DNA of 53,322 nt from a virus (Duplodnaviria > Caudoviricetes), in IMG/VR virus record IMGVR_UViG_3300047187_000003, positions 1-53,322 of that record; one strand, given 5' to 3'. The position numbers and the translations under genes were made by a program. Position 1 is the stretch's first letter, and every line of letters starts with the position of its first letter. Below the pieces are notes generated by a model that saw only the letters and a program-made list of their open reading frames with translations, did not search any database and was not told where the DNA came from. Positions 37,385 through 46,512 of the stretch are shown here, in pieces.

Positions 37385-38082
37385 TCCATGCTTTCATACT
37401 CTGCAACAATGAAGAGAAGTTGATCCCTTATTTAGTCAGGCATTATAAGCAGTTTGTCAAAGTTATAATTCTGGAATCTAATTCTACAGATAATACTATT
37501 GATCTGGCACGAAACGCAGGGGCCGAGGTATGGAGTTATGATGTCAAAGATGAGATAGATGATACGTGGTTCACTCATTTAAAAAATAACTGCTGGAAAG
37601 AATCCCGTGCCGACTGGGTTATGATAGCTGATGCTGATGAGTTTATTTATCATCCTGATATTGTTAATATACTCAAAAGAAGTAGAGCGCAAATAATTCA
37701 ACCAAGGTTCTTTAATATGTATTCAGAGGTATTCCCGACAACTCAGGGGCAGATATACGAAGAGGTAACTAAAGGGATAGAACAGACATCACCGAAGGCA
37801 AAGATGAACATATTTCGTCCTACAATTAAAGAAATAAACTATTTCCCTGGCTGTCACGAGGCTTTTCCCGGCAATGTAAAAATAGATACTGAGACTCCTA
37901 TTAAGACTTTGCACATGAGGAACCTGTCAAAAGAGTTTATCATAGAGCGCAATCTTAGGGCAAGAGCAAGAAACTCGCAGGCAAACAGGCAAAATGGCTG
38001 GGGTGTTCATGTTGATTGGCCTCAGGAGAAATGGATTGCTGACTTTGAAGAAGGATTAAAACAGGCTGTAAAGATAATATAA
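37378..38082 (+). CDS. Glycosyltransferase family 2-like
   Basis: NEEKLIPY, SNSTD.T, DWVMIADADEFI. Confidence 0.82.
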   Translation: MLIHAFILCNNEEKLIPYLVRHYKQFVKVIILESNSTDNTIDLARNAGAEVWSYDVKDEIDDTWFTHLKNNCWKESRADWVMIADADEFIYHPDIVNILKRSRAQIIQPRFFNMYSEVFPTTQGQIYEEVTKGIEQTSPKAKMNIFRPTIKEINYFPGCHEAFPGNVKIDTETPIKTLHMRNLSKEFIIERNLRARARNSQANRQNGWGVHVDWPQEKWIADFEEGLKQAVKII

Positions 38083-38114
38083 TGAAAATTGTTTAAAAAT
38101 AATTGGCAAAATAC

Positions 38115-38143
38115 TTGACAAATGCATTTTAAAAAGCTATATT
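38115..38143 (+). promoter_or_regulatory. sigma70-consensus-like promoter upstream of packaging operon
   Basis: TTGACA (38115-38120), 17 nt, TATATT (38138-38143). Confidence 0.4.
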
Positions 38144-38170
38144 AAACTAAATGCTTAGTCAAATTGTGTA

Positions 38171-38299
38171 ATGATACGATGTAAGAAAGGCAAGTGTACT
38201 GTTTACAGTAAGAAGGGAAAGCGGTTATCAAAGCCGATGAGTAAGAAGAAGGCTGTCCGCAGACTAAAGCAAGTTGAATGGTTTAAAAAACACAAATAA
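38171..38299 (+). CDS. Small highly basic protein (42 aa), not in ORF track
   Basis: MIRCKKGKCTVYSKKGKRLSKPMSKKKAVRRLKQVEWFKKHK. Confidence 0.65.
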   Translation: MIRCKKGKCTVYSKKGKRLSKPMSKKKAVRRLKQVEWFKKHK

Positions 38300-38328
38300 T
38301 GATTTCTGATATAATTTCTTGGTAAGGG

Positions 38329-38586
38329 TTGAAGAAGGGTTTAATTTTGTTTTTTGTTCAGGTTGTTTTGACTTTCATCGCTGCATTTAACATGAGATCA
38401 ATAGCACAGGCGAACTATCTCTGGACAGGTATAACAGAAGTGTTAATAGCTGTTCTTGGATTTTTTGCTTTAACAGAGATAGCTTCAAAGACAAACAGAA
38501 CAGCAAAGTATATCGGATTTATCACTGGATCGCTTGTTGGGAGCTTATCAGGTATATTAGTATCAAAGTTAATACTTAAACAATAA
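38329..38586 (+). CDS. Small 3-TM membrane protein
   Basis: Three hydrophobic segments. Confidence 0.65.
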   Translation: MKKGLILFFVQVVLTFIAAFNMRSIAQANYLWTGITEVLIAVLGFFALTEIASKTNRTAKYIGFITGSLVGSLSGILVSKLILKQ

Positions 38587-38752
38587 ATGGAGAATCGTTG
38601 CAAATGTGGGGGAAGAAGACCGCCGAAAAAATAAGCGAAGAAGATAAGTTACTTGAGAGAACATGGCAATATATCCTCTTGGGGTTAACGCATCAGGCAA
38701 TACTGTCTGAATATAATATTTGTTTAAATTGAAATTAACAAATTAATTCAAA

Positions 38753-39046
38753 ATGCGAGGTCCGGGGAAAGGGAAGAGTAATAATCCAAAAGGAAAACCG
38801 AAAGGAGCTATAAACAGAACTACTAAAGAGGCTAAAGAGTTTCTTGAATATGTTATGTTCGGTCAATTAGATAATATTAATAAAGCTCTTAATAAATTAT
38901 ATTCAAAAGACCCCGCAAGATATATTGACGCTTATTCTAAGTTATTCGGATATGTATTACCAAAGAGAACCGATGTAACGAGCGATGACAAACCTATTAT
39001 TCCGCAATTACCAGTAGTTATATTAAAAAAACATAATGCAAGTTGA
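38753..39046 (+). CDS. Terminase small subunit (putative)
   Basis: GKSNNPKGKPKG..N motif; immediately before TerL. Confidence 0.7.
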   Translation: MRGPGKGKSNNPKGKPKGAINRTTKEAKEFLEYVMFGQLDNINKALNKLYSKDPARYIDAYSKLFGYVLPKRTDVTSDDKPIIPQLPVVILKKHNAS

Positions 39047-41492
39047 AATAGAACAGGAATTTTCCGAGCCTCAATTAGCGATATTCAACAGTATAGCTAC
39101 TATTAACTTATTCCTTGCGGGGGTAGGATCAGGGAAAACTCATCTTGACGGTCTTATATCAAAACAACTAATATCTTCATTTCCTGAAGCACGTGGGGGA
39201 ATATTTGCAAATACATACGATCAACTAAATACTTCGACTTTATTTCGTATTCGTGAATATTGGGCATCAACAGGAATGACCGAATGGAGTAAAGAGAATC
39301 CTAATGGTGTTTATGTCTCAGGTAAAGAACCTCCGGCTGCATGGACAAAATGCAAACGTAATTTTGACAGATTTACGAATATCATTTCATTCTGTAACGG
39401 TGCTTTGATATTTACAGGTTCATTAGATAATGCAGTCATGCACTCCGGAAAAGAAATGGCTTGGAGTATTCTTGATGAAACAAAAGACTCACGTGAAGAA
39501 GACGTTAAAGAGATCATTCTTTCTCGTTTGCGTCAACCGGGAATGTATTTAGTTGATGGAGTGATTAAAAATTCAGGAACTCAAGCGCAACAGTGGAATC
39601 CGCTTTATATATCTACTTCTCCGGCTAAAGTTCCCTGGATTGCAGAATGGTTTGAACTCGAATCTTATATAGACGAGATTTCAGCACAGATTTATTCAGA
39701 TAAAACATTTTTTCAGAAAGCATTTAAAGATAAGTTTGTAACAATATCCTCGACCTATCACAATGTTCATAATGTCGGTGAGAATTATATTAAGAAATTA
39801 CTATCAGAGAATACAGAGGAAAAGGGGAAGGCACTCGTTTATGCAAACCCTTTTGTTACAACTGGCGGCGAGTTCTACTCTTCATTCAATCGATTAAAAC
39901 ACGTCTCACCTGTTAAATATAATCCCGAGATACCTATTCACATATCCTTCGATCAGAACTCAGTGCCTTACAACTCAGCAGGAATCTCGCAGATAGTTCG
40001 TGACGGTAATAACTGGCAATGGCGATTCATTGATGAGATAGCACTCGTTAACCCTCACAATTCAACAGAAGAGGTCTGTGATGAGTTTATGAGACGTTAT
40101 CCGAAACATAAAGCAGGGCTTTACTATTACGGTGACGCTTCAGGACACAACCGTACAGTGATGAATAAAGATTTTAAACATCATTACCAGGTTATCGAGG
40201 CTAAACTAAGAAATTATCTGGTTAACGGTTCTGACAGGTCGCTCTTTAAGAATCCTTCATGTCCGATGCGCAGGGATTTCATTAACAGGATATTTGAAGA
40301 TAAACTACCGATAAGAGTTGTTATTGATGATTCATGTCATCATTTAATCGGTGATCTTATGTATTGCAAGCAGGGATTGGATGGAGGTAAGGATAAGCAT
40401 ATAGTCACTGATAAAGACACCGGGGAGAAGTATCAGAAATATGGTCATTTCGGGGATTGTTTTACAGGCAATACAAAAGTAATTACTACTAAAGGGGGAA
40501 AGGATTTTAGTAAATTAGTAATTGGAGAAAGAGTTTTAACAAGAAATGGGTATAAGAAAATTACAGCATTTTACGAAAAAGGATTAAGAACGGTTAATAA
40601 ATATAAGATAGGCAATAGGATTATAGAATGTACCGCAGAACATAAAATATTTGCAAATGGTGAATTTATTATGGTATCATCCTTGATTAATAAGAATATT
40701 AATACTATCTTTGCAAGAAAAAGGACATGGAAAGGCAGACTATTCTTATGGATGGGTATAAATTCCATAGATACCCGAATGCAAAGAAATCATCAGACAG
40801 AAACTATTACAAAGGATGGATTAAAGAGAATGGAGTTTGGAGAAAAACAAGCCTTCATATTTACATTTGGGAAAAGGTTAATGGAAAGATTCCGAAGGGA
40901 TTTGTGGTTCATCATGACAATGGCAAATTTGAAGATAACACGATTGGAAATTATAAGCTTATCAGTCGTCCGAAACATATACAAATCCATTACGAACGGT
41001 ATTCGCAGGAGTTTAAAGACAAAAACACAAAAAGACTTATCGAAAAGGCAATCCCCAAAGCAGTTGAATGGCATAAGTCTGAGGCCGGTCAGAAGTGGCA
41101 TAGAGAAAACACTGATAAACTTATATACACAGACGAATATACTCAAATCTGTATTGGATGCGGAACGGAATTCAAATCAAACTTACGAAAAAAACCAAAA
41201 TGGTGTTCAAGAAAATGCCAGCTTAAATATCAAGCAAGAAAAAACAGAACAGAAGGAAAATATCAAGAAGAAAGAATATGCCAAACCTGTGGGGGAGTTT
41301 TCAAGGCTTATAAATGGAATACAAATAAATTCTGTTCACGTTCCTGTGTCCAGAATAGGCAAAAGTAAAAAAACATACGTTTATGATATTACTGTTGAGC
41401 AGGATCACGAGTTCTTTGCTAATGGAGTTCTCGTGCATAATTGTTTTGAATATATGGCAGTAGAGTTATTTAAAAACTATTATAATGGGTAA
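39036..41492 (+). CDS. terL: Terminase large subunit precursor with intein (mature about 490 aa)
   Basis: Walker A AGVGSGKT, Walker B SILDE, nuclease ISFD, YGDASG, HFGD. Confidence 0.92.
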   Translation: MQVEIEQEFSEPQLAIFNSIATINLFLAGVGSGKTHLDGLISKQLISSFPEARGGIFANTYDQLNTSTLFRIREYWASTGMTEWSKENPNGVYVSGKEPPAAWTKCKRNFDRFTNIISFCNGALIFTGSLDNAVMHSGKEMAWSILDETKDSREEDVKEIILSRLRQPGMYLVDGVIKNSGTQAQQWNPLYISTSPAKVPWIAEWFELESYIDEISAQIYSDKTFFQKAFKDKFVTISSTYHNVHNVGENYIKKLLSENTEEKGKALVYANPFVTTGGEFYSSFNRLKHVSPVKYNPEIPIHISFDQNSVPYNSAGISQIVRDGNNWQWRFIDEIALVNPHNSTEEVCDEFMRRYPKHKAGLYYYGDASGHNRTVMNKDFKHHYQVIEAKLRNYLVNGSDRSLFKNPSCPMRRDFINRIFEDKLPIRVVIDDSCHHLIGDLMYCKQGLDGGKDKHIVTDKDTGEKYQKYGHFGDCFTGNTKVITTKGGKDFSKLVIGERVLTRNGYKKITAFYEKGLRTVNKYKIGNRIIECTAEHKIFANGEFIMVSSLINKNINTIFARKRTWKGRLFLWMGINSIDTRMQRNHQTETITKDGLKRMEFGEKQAFIFTFGKRLMERFRRDLWFIMTMANLKITRLEIISLSVVRNIYKSITNGIRRSLKTKTQKDLSKRQSPKQLNGISLRPVRSGIEKTLINLYTQTNILKSVLDAERNSNQTYEKNQNGVQENASLNIKQEKTEQKENIKKKEYAKPVGEFSRLINGIQINSVHVPVSRIGKSKKTYVYDITVEQDHEFFANGVLVHNCFEYMAVELFKNYYNG
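40682..40713 (+). promoter_or_regulatory. Internal Bacteroidota promoter for the nested HNH gene
   Basis: CTTG (40682-40685), 20-nt spacer, TATCTTTG (40706-40713), 13 nt before ATG 40727. Confidence 0.6.
40727..41368 (+). CDS. HNH homing endonuclease with zinc-finger repeats, nested out of frame inside the intein
   Basis: LHIYIWEKVNGKIPKGFVVHHDNG...N...N...H; CIGCG...WCSRKC and CQTCG...FCSRSC. Confidence 0.9.
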   Translation: MERQTILMDGYKFHRYPNAKKSSDRNYYKGWIKENGVWRKTSLHIYIWEKVNGKIPKGFVVHHDNGKFEDNTIGNYKLISRPKHIQIHYERYSQEFKDKNTKRLIEKAIPKAVEWHKSEAGQKWHRENTDKLIYTDEYTQICIGCGTEFKSNLRKKPKWCSRKCQLKYQARKNRTEGKYQEERICQTCGGVFKAYKWNTNKFCSRSCVQNRQK

Positions 41493-41649
41493 CAGGACAT
41501 TGTTTATTTTGCTGATATTCCCTTTTATCATTGCGAGTGTGTTGGTTATGGTTGCCTCGGCTTTTTACTGGTTATTCACAGGGAGAAATTTACTATATGT
41601 TATTGATTGGATGGTTTTAGAGATGAAAAATTTAGAGGATAAGATATGA
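41485..41649 (+). CDS. Small membrane protein (54 aa), not in ORF track
   Basis: MGNRTLFILLIFPFIIASVLVMVASAFYWLF...; overlaps TerL stop and portal ATG. Confidence 0.55.
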   Translation: MGNRTLFILLIFPFIIASVLVMVASAFYWLFTGRNLLYVIDWMVLEMKNLEDKI

Positions 41650-43403
41650 AAAGGGATGAGGGGTTGATTTTATTGCGTGAAGTTGTTGAAGAGAACAAAA
41701 CACATCAGGATTACGAGAGAGTAACCAAATTAGCAGATAAGTATTTTAAACTATTCACCGGGAATGGTATTGAGAAACTACTCCAACAGGTCGTTACCAG
41801 GGAGACAGACGAGGAGTTCTTACAAAGAACTAACATAACAAAGTCTGTTTGTCCGTCGATACTTAACTCGACTAAATTGCCATTTCAGAAAGCTACACGT
41901 AAGCCTCCGAGGGTGCGTAAGATAGACTTTGGCACTGAATCTGAGCAGAAGAAAACAGAACTGGAAGGGTTTATTGCGAAATACTGGGGTGACAAGTCAC
42001 TTGAAAAGTTTCTCGAATATGCTTTTGTTGATTATAACTACACAGACCCGAATGCTTTCCTTATTACCGAATTTGGGGAGTTCGATAACCTCAAAGAGAA
42101 AGCACAGCCATACCCGTTTATAGCTTCATCCGCAGAGGCAATAATGTTCGAATACCCCAATGAGATACTCGACTACCTGATTGTTAGGCTTCCAATAACA
42201 TATATAGACAAAGGATCACCTCAACCCGGGTTTAAATATACTATGTATTTAGGGCAGGACACAATAGAGCTGGTACAGGTATCTGAGGATGAAAAGATGA
42301 ATAACGATGTTATTGAGATAGCTAAGAAATACTATCTTTTGACTTATTATGAGCCTAAAAACGAGAAAGTACCTGCAATAAGATTTGGTTATAACAGGGA
42401 CACCGAAACTAAAGGTCGGACTTTTGTCTCAATCTTTCATCCTGTTATGGCTTATCTTGAGAAGACATTAAAAATTGATTCAGAACTGGACCTTTCGACA
42501 GCTATGACGGCTTTCCCGCAGAGATTTTCTTATGTAACGCCTTGTAATAACGCAGGATGTTACAAAGGACTGCTCGCTGATAATTCAATCTGTCCTGTTT
42601 GTTCGGGAACGGGTATTCAGCCTTTTCACCGGGGGACGATGGATATTATCACATTGGCACTACCGAAGAATCCTGAAGAGATGGTCGATCTTGATAATAT
42701 GCTCGTTTACAAAGCACCTCCGATTGAACTGTTGACTTTCCAGAAGGATTACATAGAGTATTTGAAGATCAGCGTTCAGAATATGCTCTTTAATGCTGAT
42801 CCACTAAGCCGGAGCGAGGTAACACAAACAGCAACAGAGGTCGTTAACAAGACTGATAATCTTAATGATACACTTTATCCTTTTGCCCAGCATTACTCAT
42901 CAGTTTGGGAGTTTGTCGTTAAAGATATAGCTACTTTTACTGATTTAGTTAATGGGTTGATTGTTCAGTTTAAGTTCCCGAATGACTTTAAGATGAAATC
43001 CTTGCAGGAATTAATGTTCGATCTGAAGTCTGCCAAAGATTCAACAGCTTCTTCGTCAACGATTGCAGCTATCGAAGATGACATTAATGAGTTACTTTAC
43101 TCAGATCGGCCTGATGACCTGAAGAGAATACGAATAAAGAATAATCTCAATCCTTACCGGGGTAATAGTGAGGCTGATGTTAAATTTATCATATCTCAAA
43201 ATAATGTGCCTCTTTATACGAGGACATTATGGGAGAACTTTGAGAGTATATTCCAGGATCTGGAACAGGAACACGAATCACCTTGGCTTTATGATATGAA
43301 CGAGAATGCTATCAGGGAACTGGTCAAGGCAAAGACCGAAGAGTATGTTAAAACGATCAAAGCAGAGACTCCTGAACCAGTAATAAATCAACCTTTTCAG
43401 TAA
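41646..43403 (+). CDS. Portal protein
   Basis: 585 aa after TerL; helical; C-terminal FP.DF motif; position-based. Confidence 0.75.
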   Translation: MKRDEGLILLREVVEENKTHQDYERVTKLADKYFKLFTGNGIEKLLQQVVTRETDEEFLQRTNITKSVCPSILNSTKLPFQKATRKPPRVRKIDFGTESEQKKTELEGFIAKYWGDKSLEKFLEYAFVDYNYTDPNAFLITEFGEFDNLKEKAQPYPFIASSAEAIMFEYPNEILDYLIVRLPITYIDKGSPQPGFKYTMYLGQDTIELVQVSEDEKMNNDVIEIAKKYYLLTYYEPKNEKVPAIRFGYNRDTETKGRTFVSIFHPVMAYLEKTLKIDSELDLSTAMTAFPQRFSYVTPCNNAGCYKGLLADNSICPVCSGTGIQPFHRGTMDIITLALPKNPEEMVDLDNMLVYKAPPIELLTFQKDYIEYLKISVQNMLFNADPLSRSEVTQTATEVVNKTDNLNDTLYPFAQHYSSVWEFVVKDIATFTDLVNGLIVQFKFPNDFKMKSLQELMFDLKSAKDSTASSSTIAAIEDDINELLYSDRPDDLKRIRIKNNLNPYRGNSEADVKFIISQNNVPLYTRTLWENFESIFQDLEQEHESPWLYDMNENAIRELVKAKTEEYVKTIKAETPEPVINQPFQ

Positions 43404-43738
43404 TGTTAATACCGAGAAAGAAACGGAGTTTATCCGATATAGCAGAGATAGATCAGGAGACTATTGAGCAGATTGCTGCACAGGTTCCCGGGGGATTGAC
43501 TATTGACCAGATCAAAGCTGATTCAGATATTGCTGATTCAATTTCAAAAAAACATGCATCCGGAAGTGATAACCAGGATTTATCTAATTTAGTTGAGAAG
43601 GTAACAGGGAAAGGGCTTTCGTCAAATGATTATACGACAACAGACAAAGATAAATTAACTGCGACTCCCATTATAATAATTAGCGAAACAGAACCACAGA
43701 ATCCACAGATTAATAATATTTGGATAGATATAAGTTAA
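43403..43738 (+). CDS. Fibre-like virion protein
   Basis: KVTGKGLSSNDYT..DKDKL fibre motif; IIISETEP....IWID. Confidence 0.55.
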   Translation: MLIPRKKRSLSDIAEIDQETIEQIAAQVPGGLTIDQIKADSDIADSISKKHASGSDNQDLSNLVEKVTGKGLSSNDYTTTDKDKLTATPIIIISETEPQNPQINNIWIDIS

Positions 43739-43749
43739 ATTAATAAGAT

Positions 43750-44109
43750 ATGGCACAGACAATCGCTTATGGTCGTTTAGTTACTACGGCAACAACGGCA
43801 AAACAAACAATACTCACTAACACACCAGCGAGTAATTTAAAATTAAAGACTATCGTAATAGCTGGTTATCCTACTGTATGGTCGGCAACAGAAGCTAATC
43901 TCGGTACTATTTATCTTACAGTTGCAGGCGTAGATAAGATGGAGTTCAGGCTTCAGAATACCGATAATGATACGCTTGCAGGAATAGTAGTTATTCCACT
44001 TGGCAATGGCTTGGTTTTTTCGGGGTCAGAGGCAGTTGTGGTGAGTGTTACCCCTGCGGCAACAACTTCTTATACATGGACAGTAACTTACTTTTTTGAT
44101 ACGGTCTAA
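43750..44109 (+). CDS. Beta-rich virion protein (head decoration/fibre candidate)
   Basis: Thr-rich; shares V.GVDKMEFR with the next gene. Confidence 0.5.
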   Translation: MAQTIAYGRLVTTATTAKQTILTNTPASNLKLKTIVIAGYPTVWSATEANLGTIYLTVAGVDKMEFRLQNTDNDTLAGIVVIPLGNGLVFSGSEAVVVSVTPAATTSYTWTVTYFFDTV

Positions 44110-45023
44110 TGTTTGACAAACAGACTATAACTATTGATTCTCAAGAGAAAGTCGGGACACTTCCTGATTTATCTTCAAATTGGTCAAGCAGAAATCCTAT
44201 GCGTGACGGTGCTATCAGTATTGGTAAATATACTGTGCCTGATAATACAGTGTCATCTGTTAAATTCCTTTGGCCTTTCGGGCAGTTTGCGAATATACCT
44301 TGGGTTCCGTCTTTAGCATCTATACCTGTTGGTATTGTTAAGTTGCAAGTCAATGGAGTTGATAAAATGGAATTTCGCATAGGAGGTATTAAGGCAACCT
44401 TTGGCGGTTCACTTGGTACTGCTGATTTTGATATAGGACGCAGACAAATAGAATTGTATGACGGTGTGCAGTTTGCAGTAGATGACGTGGTAAGACTTAT
44501 CGTTACACAAGATAAACTAACTACTACCGGCACTCCACAAGTCTGTTACAACTGCTCTTTTATCGGTGTCAATACCTCTACGGGGATTACAATAATAGAG
44601 AAACAGAGAAGTATTATAACTGTTGAAACAGTCAATCAGATAATTGCATCATATACAGTACTTCCTGGAGGTTTCACATTACAGGACATCACATTACAAA
44701 CACAAGTAGGTGATTTTATGATGGGTCACATGCAAATACTTGTTAACGGGATGGTAGTTATAGAGTTTCCTGTATCAGACTCTATGGGATGTACAAGGCC
44801 AAGCGGGGGTATGTTCGGTATGATACCTTTTTATGATGGGATTAATTTCGGAGCGGGGGATACTATCGAAGCAAGAATTGATCCTTCGGTATCAGTTAAT
44901 CAAAAGTTTCACATGTTTACTGCGGGAGAAGAAACAGCACAAAGCGCAACAGTTGCTAATAAAATAAAACGATGGACTGGCTCACAGTGGGAAGAAGTAA
45001 ATCAATTAGTAGTATTTAGATGA
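44109..45023 (+). CDS. Beta-rich virion protein related to upstream gene
   Basis: VNGVDKMEFR; C-terminal IKRWTGSQWEEV. Confidence 0.5.
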   Translation: MFDKQTITIDSQEKVGTLPDLSSNWSSRNPMRDGAISIGKYTVPDNTVSSVKFLWPFGQFANIPWVPSLASIPVGIVKLQVNGVDKMEFRIGGIKATFGGSLGTADFDIGRRQIELYDGVQFAVDDVVRLIVTQDKLTTTGTPQVCYNCSFIGVNTSTGITIIEKQRSIITVETVNQIIASYTVLPGGFTLQDITLQTQVGDFMMGHMQILVNGMVVIEFPVSDSMGCTRPSGGMFGMIPFYDGINFGAGDTIEARIDPSVSVNQKFHMFTAGEETAQSATVANKIKRWTGSQWEEVNQLVVFR

Positions 45024-45068
45024 AAGAGGGAAACCTCATCCACATAAAAGTACAAAAAAAGAAGATAA

Positions 45069-45680
45069 ATGCGTTTTAGTTGCATAATACCCAGCTATTT
45101 AGGCGATTACCCCAACGCTGCCAGGAATAGGGACCAGAAGATACTAAGGGCTATCGCTTCAGTTCAGTCGCAGTCATTACAGGACTTTGAGATCATTGTT
45201 GTTGCTGATGGATGCCAGAGAACTATGGATATAATTAAAGATGCTGATGTAAGGTCATTTCTTATCCCTAAAGCTAAACAATGGTCTGGGGAACCGAGAA
45301 ACAAAGGAATTTCAGAGGCTAAAGGCGAGTGGATCGTTTATCTGGATATAGATGATATTTACGGGGAGAATCATTTGAAAGGTATTTCTGAAGGGTTAGG
45401 CACTTACGACTGGGTATGGTTCGATGATATTCGTTATACCCCTAAACAAAACCAATGGTATGTCAATCCCTGTGAGATAAATCAGATCGGACGACATGGC
45501 ACTTCAAATATATGCCATAAAAGGGAACTGGACGTAAAATGGGATTACGTGGGTTATGCACATGACTATTATTTCATTTTGGGACTTAGAACTAAATACC
45601 CGAATTTCGCAAAGATACCGGGAGGCGAGTATTATGTCGCACACATTCCTAATCCATCAACCGGAGGGTATGACTTATGA
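45069..45680 (+). CDS. Glycosyltransferase family 2
   Basis: FSCIIPSY, EIIVVADG, RNKG...AKGEWIVYLDIDD. Confidence 0.9.
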   Translation: MRFSCIIPSYLGDYPNAARNRDQKILRAIASVQSQSLQDFEIIVVADGCQRTMDIIKDADVRSFLIPKAKQWSGEPRNKGISEAKGEWIVYLDIDDIYGENHLKGISEGLGTYDWVWFDDIRYTPKQNQWYVNPCEINQIGRHGTSNICHKRELDVKWDYVGYAHDYYFILGLRTKYPNFAKIPGGEYYVAHIPNPSTGGYDL

Positions 45681-46294
45681 AAGTTGCTGCTATAACAATA
45701 ACATATAACCGTTTGGCTTTAACTAAAAAGACAGTTGAATCCTTTTATGATAAGACTTCTGTTGATTATCACTTGTTCATTGATAATGGCAGTACTGACG
45801 GCACGCAGGAATATCTAAAAGCCTTTCATCATATCCTGTTAGACAAAAACTACGGCATTGCCTATGCTTTCCGGGAAGCAGTTAAGACATTGGAGGACTT
45901 TGATTTCGTTTTGAAACTCGATAACGACATTGAGACAGTTACACCGGATATAATTAACACGATGCTTGCTTTCTATGAATTAAACGGTCAGAATTATATC
46001 TTGTCACCCGTTGATTTAAATCTGGATAAAGCCTATTCCCCTGCCGTCTTTGGTGAGAATCAGATAGGTAATTATAAAGTACGTTTCACCACGCACACGG
46101 GCGGAGCTTTCCAGATGATACCGATGCATATTTGCCGGAGGCTCTGTACTGAGTTCAGGCATTTGAAATGTGGTGATTATATGATAGGTAAGTATTTCCG
46201 CAGACATTCATATAGACCGGCATATCTTCTCGACTTAGAAATGAAACATATTGGAATAGATCAATCAACACCCTTAAAAGAATATATATTATGA
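45677..46294 (+). CDS. Glycosyltransferase family 2
   Basis: ITYNR, IDNGSTDGT, N.GI, KLDND. Confidence 0.9.
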   Translation: MKVAAITITYNRLALTKKTVESFYDKTSVDYHLFIDNGSTDGTQEYLKAFHHILLDKNYGIAYAFREAVKTLEDFDFVLKLDNDIETVTPDIINTMLAFYELNGQNYILSPVDLNLDKAYSPAVFGENQIGNYKVRFTTHTGGAFQMIPMHICRRLCTEFRHLKCGDYMIGKYFRRHSYRPAYLLDLEMKHIGIDQSTPLKEYIL

Positions 46295-46512
46295 AAGCAG
46301 AAATTGATAAAGAAGGAACTTTAATAATAAGAGCAAAAAATGATTTAGAATCATTCGCACTTGAATCATGGGTTGAAAAAAATATCAATCCTTGTACTGG
46401 GAATTTCATAAAAGAACCTGTAAATAAATGTTTTTTTATTGATTCGCGGGTTCCTAAAATAAATTTATTTCATAGGATTAAATTTAAAATTCAATTATTT
46501 TTATATAGATGA
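46291..46512 (+). CDS. Hypothetical protein
   Basis: ATGA-coupled on both sides. Confidence 0.6.
   Translation: MKAEIDKEGTLIIRAKNDLESFALESWVEKNINPCTGNFIKEPVNKCFFIDSRVPKINLFHRIKFKIQLFLYR

Larger units (their letters stand above)
40458..41441 (+). mobile_element. Intein (328 aa) in TerL
   Basis: Starts CFTGNTKVIT (block A), CTAEHKIF (block B), VYDITVEQDHEFFANGVLVHN (blocks F/G), +1 residue Cys. Confidence 0.95.

Noticed and set aside
40727-41368. Sequencing frameshift in a canonical intein, or a group I intron
   Set aside because: The intein frame is uninterrupted from block A to HN-C and the HNH has its own start and stop; no RNA splicing is needed
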